Positions 37,505 to 47,051 of a DNA stretch of 47,051 nucleotides are shown piece after piece. The stretch is taken from the NCBI GenBank assembly GCA_964035545.1, contig CAXIUT010000271.1, positions 1-47,051 of the forward strand, written 5' to 3'. The translations under genes were made by a program, and so were the position numbers. Numbering within the stretch: position 1 is the first letter of the stretch; each line of letters starts with the position of its first letter. Under the pieces are notes generated by a model. The model was not told where the DNA came from. It searched no databases and saw only the letters and a program-made list of their open reading frames with translations. Source of the DNA: Bugula neritina (taxonomy: Eukaryota > Animalia > Bryozoa).

Positions 37505-38241
37505 ATGCAGAAAGTGCATCGCCGCCCAAACAAAGATATCCCAAAAGATTTTGTCTGCACCTAAGGATGCGGCAAAGCCTATGGATCATATGCAGCTCTA
37601 TACACTCATGTGAAGAACAAACACGGTATAACCAAAAACATAGATTTGAAGGGCAACTTAGTGAAAGTGAAGGCCACAGGTCGTAAAGGCCGTCCTCAAG
37701 TAAAACCAAAATAATAATTTATCAGCGAATAGATCATATCATAGAACGTATGTCGAATATGCTACTAATAAGATTGTCAATGCGACTCATCTATTGATTC
37801 TTCTGATATTTAGGGCAACATTGCTATTTTATCTGATCGCACTTATTTGAAGTTGTTGAATTCGATAGGCAATTTGAGTGTGGGTTAGTATTTTTCATGG
37901 ATGAGGTCAACAGAAGACAGATACTAGTATATTAGCAAGCAATCACTCAGAAATATGGTGGAATAGTTCAACCTCAAAAATAGTTTTACCAAGTAGATCT
38001 ATCTAAGCGATCGATGGCTATAATATCTCACCCATATGTGCAGATACCTCGACCCCAGATATATATTATAACTCTTCGAATGCATCCTAATTATCAAAAA
38101 CAAGAAGAATATCGCCTAGCTCATATCCATGAAATACTAGAACAAAGAATTCATCAACATCAAACGATGCAGTTAGTAGAAAAAGAAATAATGGAAGTAA
38201 TTTGTAGAATGTGTGCTTATGATCTGATTAAATTATAATGA
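37505..38241 (+). CDS. C2H2 zinc-finger protein with AT-hook-like motif
   Basis: FVCTEGCGKAYGSYAALYTHVKNKH followed by GRKGRP. Confidence 0.8.
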
Positions 38242-38286
38242 AAAGGATATAAATTATATTATTTGAGTCATATATTAATAATAACG

Positions 38287-40671
38287 ATGCTTCCTTTTGC
38301 TTTTACTGTTACAGCTGTTGTACTTCTAGTCGCCATCTGCACCTCGAAATTACAATATCAATCGACCAGCATCGCTATAGCTGGACATTCACTACTTGGA
38401 CTCCTATAAACCGCTGCTATTCTATATTGTTATCTCATGTATCGAGGATATTAGTCAAACAATTCTGTTACTTTATGGCTGTATGTGGTATCGATTGCTT
38501 TGATCGGGTTATTTAACTTTTTGGGACTAGCTATTCAGACTCCAATGATGGTTGAAGATAAGCATTGTCAGAAATGGATGAAAAGAAGAGATAAAAAGGA
38601 AGATATAAGAGGTAATAGTTGTTGGTTTTATTTTGTGGCTATTTTTTCATTTTTATCGAATTACAAATTCAAGTATATCATGTTTTCTTGGTTATTTAGC
38701 TTTGATGTCTGTAAGTGTAAGTTATAAAATGTATAGAAATTTAAATTCTTCAATATCTTTTCATTTTTAGGTCTTATTCCTTAAATTTTGTTTCTTTATA
38801 GTTCTATAGTTACTATCAGATAAATAGACTCTTAAAACTCTTTGTTTCTTGTACTTATTGACTCGGTTATTATCTTTATTTTGAATATTATTTTTTCTGT
38901 TTTGGCTGCTAAAAAAGATAAAGATTTTTTCAAAGAAGATATTGATGGAATACAAATAAATAAAGTATATAGTGTAGCTTAGTAGTAATTTCAAAGTTCA
39001 AAGGAAATAGGAGGTAAAAATGCATCATTCGGGTGCACTTTAGATGACATAATCTAAGTAAACGAGGTATTATACACCTAAACAAAACGATAAAATCGAA
39101 GAAATGTCAAACCAAATGAAGGCAATCAGAAAATAAGCTAAAATACTTCATAATAAAATACTGTAACTAACAGTGAACATTAGATAAATGAAATAGTTTA
39201 AAATAAAGCTAATATATAAGATAATGTGTTTATGATTGATGAGGTCATTGATTTGTAGTCTGATCAAATAGAAGTAGAGGAAAGAATTATGGCTAATTAA
39301 GTTCAGAAAGTTTTTTAACCTGAAATATGTCTATAAATGCCTGAAAATGTAGTTTAAGAAGTTGCATTAGATAAATAAGAGGTATTTTTTGCATAAGATA
39401 AGATATAAGAGAATATCAGGGAGGAAGATTAAGATGCTATCTTGAATAAGTCATTTAAATCAGGTCAAAAAGTAAATCTTGCTGAGTATTTGATGAATAT
39501 GTAAAAAAATAAGAATGTTTAAAGATAATAAAAAATTCCTAAATATGATATTAACTATGATTTAGCAACTAAAATACCTTAAACATTGAAAGATACTATA
39601 AATGAATAAATTTTATAATAAAAAAGTCAGCCTTAAATTATAAGAAAACTATTCTAATAAGTTTAATAAATAAACTCTGATGATAAAATATAAAATCGAC
39701 GTAAAATAAATCGTTTGAGATCAGCTCTTGGTGTTAAAAATATAAGATAGCGATTAGACAGTGATTAAAATTCTAAATAATTAAAAAGGATAATTCAGAA
39801 GGTAGTTGATTCACATAGTTCACCTAAAAAGAGTATTGACTAAAATACAAGAGCAGCCAGAAAGAGTAGAATAGATATTAAAGTTCAATTAAATTAAGAT
39901 CATCACTAAAAACCTATCAAAAATAAAAGTAAATAAAAAATATCTATTTCTGATAATCATCCTATCCTTAATAGTTCACCTAGTCATCCTCTGAAGAATC
40001 TTAAACTGATTGCTGGTGATTATGATGAGAATGAGATAAAGTAGCCAGAAAGAGGTTCAAGAAATAATTTTAAGGAAAAGAAAGTCAAATCATAGGTTAA
40101 ATTATTGTAGAAAAAAAGTATATAAAAGAAAGTTTAAGCTTTACTTTAGAATTAGAAATAATTAGAATTAAAAAAGGACAAAATAAAGTCACAACAAAAG
40201 GAAGTAGAAATACATAAACCAAAAGAGGAAAAAAATGAATAAAAAGGATATATCAATGAATACTTAAAAGATGATTAGGACAAACAAAATATAAAATAAT
40301 TTAAGAGATCAAAAGCTCACCTTCAAACTATGTTTCCAAATAAAGGTAAATAAATCTAATTACTATAATAAACATCAGTAAATGAGAGAGCACCTCATCA
40401 ACCAGCAGCTGTTATCAATTTGAAATCAAGAAAGAAATAATTTAAACAAAAACAGATGTAAAATTAGTTTGATTATGATAAAAATAGTTTTATAAGAATG
40501 TTTCATAATGGTTCGAGTTTTAACTATTTTGATAGTCAAAGAGGATCGACTAGTGACAGAAAGAGGAAAAAGAGAAGTTCAAGTACTCTTAAATTTAATC
40601 ATTTGAAACCGCAAGATAGACAGAAAATGAAATCTTTGGAAAGAATATATATGTAAAAACAATAAATATGA
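38287..40671 (+). CDS. Multi-pass membrane protein with a long low-complexity tail
   Basis: About 6 hydrophobic segments in the first ~210 aa, then an E/K/N/S-rich region; ends RIYMEKQEI-TGA. Confidence 0.6.
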
Positions 40672-40756
40672 TTTACTATACTTTTATTCACTACTTATTC
40701 TTTTAAATAGTTATTTCTCGTTCTTCAAAATTAATAATGAATAATTTGAAAATATA

Positions 40757-41413
40757 ATGATAGTAAAAAATATACTCAAATTATCAATAAAGAGTTCAAA
40801 ACAACCAGTATTTTATTCTGCATTCAATTATTCTCAACAAAATGGTTTCTCAAATATCAACACAAACAAAGACTACTATTCTATTTTATAAATAGATAAA
40901 GATGCAACAAATCATGAAATCAATGATTCTTATTCTAAACTAGCAAGTCTTTATTATTCTGATTTGAATAAAGGATAAGGAAGTAGGTATGGATAAATAT
41001 CCGAGGCTTATAGAATTTTATCAGATGAAAAACTGAGAACTTAGTATAATTCTAAAAGATTTGGACAAAAATCTGAAAATAATTAAGATTCTACAAAAGA
41101 AAAAAGTAAATAAAAAAAGTAATAATAAAGTCCATTATCATCAGAATAAAAGTAAATGTATGCAAAATTTAATAAAAGGCTAAAAAGGTTATTAATAGTT
41201 TTGACAGCTTATTTCATATTTAGTCCTTTTCTTTTTTGGAAAGGAGGCAACAAATCCCCATAGTAAATCATGGATGATCCCATTTATACAAAAAGAATCG
41301 GTGGAGCATACTTGAATAGAAACCAAAAACTTTACTAAAACAGTCAAAATCATAATTAGTATCCTAGTAATCCTTCTGGAGTCATTGTAACAGGAAGAAT
41401 AGTTGAAGATTGA
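40757..41413 (+). CDS. J-domain (DnaJ-like) membrane protein lacking HPD
   Basis: Intact 218-aa frame; KDYYSILEIDKDATNHEINDSYSKLASLYYSDLNKG...ISEAYRILSDEKLRTEY; TM RLLIVLTAYFIFSPFLF; N-terminus resembles a mitochondrial presequence. Confidence 0.8.
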
Positions 41414-41444
41414 TAAAGAATAAATGAATAATTTTATAAAACAA

Positions 41445-42757
41445 TCATCTGAGTTTACTATTATTCGATGGTTCTGTTTTCTTTTTTTTTGATTCAAGAT
41501 AATTAAACTTTCCTTTACTTTTTTTAGGTTCTGTCTATGTAATGGAAGGTTTCGAGTGTGAGATATTTTATTTTTATGAGTTACATAGAAGTTATTCTTT
41601 TCTCATTCTGAATCTTTACATCTGCATCTTATAATCTTGTTTTCTTTTCTAAAAATCACATAGAATTTTAGTTGATTCAACTTTACTTTCTTGAATACTA
41701 TTCTTATTAAATGAAAATTAACTTAAATCTATCACCTCTTTCTCTTTCTATTTATTTTTTGTCATCACTGAATGATTAGATTTTCTATTAGACGATTCTG
41801 ATACTAGCTTTTCTCTTTATTTTTTTATTTTTGTATTTTTAAGACTCTCAAATACCTGATTGCTCTTAGAATCATGATTTGATGAAGATTTTTTTGGAGT
41901 ATTGTGATTGATTGGTAGCTGTTGGAGAGGTTGATTGGTTTGATGTATATTTTATGGAATCAGATATTTATATTTTGTTAACTTTACTTAATTAGTTTTC
42001 TTTATTTGCTATGATTATTATAGTTTCTAGATAGCATCTAATATTTATTCTTACATTTTCTATTTTTTCAATAACTAACGGGCTAATCTACCCAATAATT
42101 TATACTTATGACAAACTTTACCTAAACTTTATATTATTTCCATGTTTTATATTTAATTTTAACAGTTTATTCTAATTCCAAGAGCCAATTAAACTATTAT
42201 TTTCCCTAACAACTATCCCATATCAGCCTGATGATAATTAATACTATTTTCTGTACTATAAATATGATAATGAGAAACACAAGGTTGCCCTTTAAGAGTC
42301 AAAAAGACGTTATTTAAGTTGAGATTTATTCCTAACTTATTAAACTTGAGGTTGATAATCAGATCTAGTAAGTTATTTAAAATAAGCCATAACTCTTGTT
42401 CTTCAAACACCTTTTTATTGGTAAGCATGTCCGCTAGTGTGTGATTGTAGTATTCTGTATAGATTGAACTTTTTTCATAAGCTAGACAAAATCCATTTTC
42501 TAAGTTATTTATTAGTTACCTTAGTGGGATTGGATGTGGATGATGGGTATGATGTGTTTGTTGGTTTGTGAGAGGGTGTATTAAACTATTCTTTTGAATG
42601 CTTTTTGATGGAGATCTCCTTGGACATGATGCCTTTCTAGTTTCATAACATAGACTCCTTAAGGACTTTTGAATAGTTGAATTTATCCAAAGTTTTTGTC
42701 TTATAAAGGTTGAACGTATTCGAGATGAGTTTGAATTTATTATGTTGTGTTGCCCAT
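41445..42757 (-). CDS. Possibly N-myristoylated kinase-like (pseudokinase) protein
   Basis: MGNTTEEI...DKNFGEIQLF...YTEYYNHTLADML...FEEQELWLILNNL...LNNVFL; 20-nt intron 42500-42519; no HRD/DFG; 3' end approximate. Confidence 0.6.
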
Positions 42758-43049
42758 CTTAACTGTTAAAATTAAACTTAATATTCATTTTTCATTATTC
42801 AATATCACCAAATAGTAAATTTTTATTTTTTAAGTCAATATTTGACTTGATATTTCATTTTAATTAAAATCATCATGGTTCAATATTTTATAGAAAAAAC
42901 AATTAGAACCTATCAGATTCTAATCTCATCTTAGTCAAGCTATAAAAGTTCATAATAAAAATTTTGATAAAGAGCATTCAGTATAAGTTGATTTATTTGA
43001 TTGTTTATTACCTTAAATCAAATAATATTCATATCCAGATTAGATCAGC

Positions 43050-43603
43050 ATGTCTTACCTCTACTCCCCATACTATCCTTACTCCTACTACCCGTAATTC
43101 TCTTTATAGCTAGATATTCAAGTTCTATTGCTGTTGAGTCTGCCCTCAGAAGATCTAGACTCGCAGCTGATCTAGCTGCTTCTCGATCAATGACTGAAGC
43201 TGCCCTCGCCAGATCCAGAGTCTAAGCTGAAGTTGCCACTGAGTCTGCTCTCAGAAGATCAAGAGTGGAAGCTGAAGTTGCTGCTTAGAGAGTAGCATCT
43301 GAATCACTCAGAAGATCAAGATTGGCTGCTGAAGTAGCTGCTTCCAGGCTTGAATCTGAATCTGCTTTGAGGAGATCAAGAGTTGCAGCTGAGATTGAAG
43401 CAGATCGCATTTATTCTGAGAGCGCTTTGAGAAGATCAAGAGTTGAGGCAGAATTGGCTGCTTCTCGTTTGGCGGCTTAAGATGCTGTGAGAAGATCACG
43501 AGTTGAAGCTGACTATGCAACAGAGAGTGCTTTAAGAAGATCAAGAATTGAAGCTGAAATCAGTGCTTCAAGATACAGAAGTCTTTATTATCCATATATT
43601 TGA
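43050..43603 (+). CDS. RRSRxEAE repeat protein with Tyr/Pro-rich termini
   Basis: MSYLYSPYYPYSYYPYSSS, then 8 (ESAL)RRSR(V/L/I)(E/A)A(E/D)-type repeats, then RYRSLYYPYI-TGA; 20-nt intron 43094-43113. Confidence 0.85.
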
Positions 43604-43785
43604 TTCATGAGCATTCATTAATATGTTTCTTTCCTATCAAAATTAAGTTAACAATTCATCATTTTTTTGATGATAAATATTATTTCTTAAGAAACAATCA
43701 TTAAATGTTAATAAAATATCAAATACACTATAAATATATATTTATTCTTAACGAAAAATCTATTTTTGCAATTTTATTTAAATTT

Positions 43786-43841
43786 GGGTTGGGGTTGGGG
43801 TTGGGGTTGGGGTTGGGGTTGGGGTTGGGGTTGGGGTTGGG
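43786..43841 (+). repeat. Internal telomeric tract, intergenic
   Basis: G3 followed by perfect (TTGGGG)8TTGGG (53 nt). Confidence 0.95.
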
Positions 43842-44086
43842 CTTTTACAAATATGACCTATTTTAAAAGAATTACACGTATTAAACTCAAATAAGGTAGT
43901 ATTTTTCTTCTACCCTTTTAATTTTATTCTTCATCTGCTGTGATAAAGACAGAAATATTCAAAAAATAATATATAAAAGTTATTGATAGATTTTTGTTAT
44001 TTTAGGTAGATTTATGTTCTTTTATTAAGATCGAAGAGATAGTTTTTCTTTAGAAATTCAGGTTATAATTAGTTTTTGAAAAAGTA

Positions 44087-45616
44087 ATGGGGAAGATGAT
44101 AGAAAACTACTCACTGCAGAGTGAGCTAGGTCGAGGGATGTACTCGACAGTCTACAAAGCAGTCAACGTAAAGACTAAACAAGAGGTAGCTATTAAAATG
44201 GTTAAAGCTTAAAAGTTTAAACAGTTTCCTAAACTCTAATAAGGCACATATAACTAGATCAGCATTCTAACAAATCTCTAACCATGTCCCTATATCATCA
44301 GATACTTCGATATGCTTAAAACAGTTAATAATTTTTACTTTGTCTATTAGTTCTGTAACGGCGGAAACCTAGAGAAGATTCTCAAAGATAGCAAATTTTT
44401 ACCTTAAAAGTTAGCTCTAACATACTTCAGCCAGATAGTATAGGCGTTTCGTGTCCTGAATAAGCATCATATAATGCATAGAGACCTCAAACCATAAAAT
44501 CTGTTGCTGCATGATGGAATAATTAAACTAGCTGATTTTGGATTTTGCAAACCTTTGGAGAGTTAAGATGAGATATCAAAAACAATGCTAGGTTCACCTA
44601 TCTATATGGCTCCTGAGGTTCTTAAAGGAGAAGAATATACAATAAAAGCTGATATTTGGTCATTAGGTGTGGTTTTGTTTCGAATGCTCTTTGGTTACTG
44701 CCCTTTTGAATCAAATAACATCGGAAAGTTGATTTTGCTGATTTAGCAGGAGGAAATTAAAATACCAAGAGATAAGGGAATATCTCCTGAAGTTATTAAA
44801 TTACTTCGGCGGATGATAACTAAGAATCCTGATATGAGAGCTGACTGGGCTGAAGTTTTTTCTTATGATGTTAAAAACGGTGAGCTGATTAGAAGAAGTG
44901 GAATTCGCAATCCTACCATGAAAAGTCCTCTAAAACAATCAATTACTACATCATAGACTACTAACACCAATTCAAGCGGACTAAATATGATATAAAATAA
45001 TTCTTTGAGATATCGAAATCAACAAGAAAGTTCTAATTTGATTTACAATCCTAGAGGAGCCTATAATAGTGAACTTCGAAGTACTTATACTGCCAAGAGT
45101 CCCTTTAGAGATAATATTAAGAAAGATATGATGGTTAAAAATCATCAAAAGTGTCTTTAAATTATGTCTTTGGCTGTTGGATTGATGGCCTTTTAACAAA
45201 GCTAGGCTCTCGCTATTTCTTTTTCTTTACTTAAAAGTATAGAAAAAGATCTTGGAAGTATTATGGAATCTGTTAGAAAAGAACTCTAGTTGAAAAATTA
45301 AGAAACAATGATGAGATCTTTAGCTTCTGTTTTAGAATCTGAACTAATGGAATTAAAAGGATTAATAGTGTATTGTAAAGAGGAATTACGAGGAGAATTG
45401 TAGATGTCGATCGATATGATTGAAATGAGAAAGAAATAGTTGCTGAAGAAGTTGGTTTATGGTTTGGGAAGGGAAAAGTTTGAAGATTTAGTGACAATAT
45501 CTCGAGTAGTGGATTACTTAGTTGAAGATTTTGTGATAAGAAGATAAACTTACTAGAAAATGAGCCGTGAAAAGATGTTATCTAATATGCGTATTAAATT
45601 ATAGACTTAAAAATGA
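44087..45616 (+). CDS. Ser/Thr protein kinase (ULK/ATG1-like N-terminal kinase domain)
   Basis: LGRGMYSTVYK; VAIK; NEISIL; YEFCNGG; HRDLKPEN; KLADFGF; GSPIYMAPE; DIWSLG. Confidence 0.93.
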
Positions 45617-45639
45617 TTCTTTCGATATATTTAACTTTC

Positions 45640-47051
45640 TTTTAATTATTACTAACTATATTATGTTTATAAAAATCAAATATACTCTTCCAAAAGGGTG
45701 TACTTTAAATTCTACACATTTACTTATATATCTGCTCGAATGCTATCGATCTACGCTTGATTGTAGAGTACAATTTCTTATTTATTTGATATTGATATAG
45801 AACTATCTTGAAAATACTGATCTGCTAAGATGTTACTTCCTTTATAGTTTATAGTTATTTTTTTGAATGGTTTTGGAATAAAGAATTGATCGAGAGTCAA
45901 ATTTAAACTACTAATTATAATTCTCTTGATAGTTATTTTATTTTATTGGTGATTTTATTATTATTATTGATGTTTTTTAATGTTTTTAAGGTGATTTTGA
46001 GCTATTTTCATCGTATAGCTATTATATTATCCCTTGAGTCTGGTTTAGAGAGTGATTTGCCCAAGGTTAGAATAGATTTATTTTCCTTGAATCCATAAAT
46101 TAAAATATTACTGACTATCTTGAACCAACTAACAAGATTAATTCAATCCCTTTCCACTATATTACTAAGCAACAGGACTAATATAGATCTCATACTCCTA
46201 TATCTCTAATTTGCAATAGACAAATTAACCATTGTTGAGAATTTCAGCATGTACAATCTTACCTTAGTAATCTATAATATATATTCTATATCTTTTCGAA
46301 GAATTGGTGCTGCCAATGGAAATGAAATAGTTTCCTTTGGCGATGATGTTCATTTATACAACTACGAAATGATTTTTTAGACAGGAAAGAGGAAGATGCT
46401 TTACTGGTAGTTATTCTTGATATGCTAGAGATATTTTGGAAAATTGTTTTAGAAGAGGAACAAAGGTTTTTATGTTCTTTGATTTTGATAAGTTATGGAT
46501 TTAGAAAGAATACTTATTGGTTTAATTTAGTCCATATATCTTTAACTTTGACTCTTCATCTTCTTCGATGTCTTTAGCAAATTATCCTAGGAGTTAGTTG
46601 AAGTCAATTATTTGGAGTGTCTACTTGATATTAAAGGTTTTGATGGGATATGAGAAAAGTTTATTTAGTACTTTTGGAAAGTTTTAGCATTGACAAACTA
46701 GTCTATTCAAAAGGAGAGAGCCAATATTGATAGACTACTCTTATTATTATTCTTAATGAGTGAGCAAAGGCAATTCTTCTTAAGCTAGAGCTTATTTCGA
46801 CAGTAGTATCTTTTAATATTTTCCTAATCTAAAAATGGTGCTATAGACATCATTGATATCTTTACGATTAACTACAGATAGAACATGATTAACAAGTTAA
46901 TTTTATTCCAAATATTCTATAACTTGTTTTAGAATAGAAGAATATTATTCATTTTAGTTATCAATTTCTAATATGATATTACTATTTTAGTATTACTGGA
47001 ATATCGATCGATAAAGTTCTCCTATCTATTCCATATTTTGAGTAGAATTAA
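45640..47051 (-). CDS. Hypothetical protein, 5' part outside the window
   Basis: Minus-strand coding-like frames; no domain recognised; frame and end unresolved. Confidence 0.3.

Overview
AT-rich, gene-dense ciliate macronuclear DNA beginning at a (C4A2)n telomere. It uses a variant code in which TAA and TAG both encode Glu and only TGA is stop (peritrich-type, NCBI table 30), so the supplied ORF track is mostly fragments or antisense shadows. I retranslated by eye and found about 25 genes with 19-23 nt GT-AG introns and spacers often under 100 bp. Recognisable genes: tandem-Ubl protein, M20D amidohydrolase, Rho/Rac GTPase, RBR E3, NAAA/acid ceramidase, UBR-box E3, RING-H2 E3, a large jacalin-tailed protein, a pseudokinase-MORN protein, a TTL-family ligase, cNMP-domain, C2H2 and J-domain proteins, an RRSRxEAE repeat protein and a Ser/Thr kinase. 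Scattered 1-nt homopolymer indels suggest unpolished long-read sequence, so gene boundaries are approximate. Two features stand out. (1) Three internal (TTGGGG)n-TTGGG tracts sit after G3-4 runs. Two lie inside genes whose flanks rejoin seamlessly, and both are frame-preserving (90 and 69 nt). (2) A 41-nt Rho intron consists of two back-to-back tiny introns with a zero-length exon between them.
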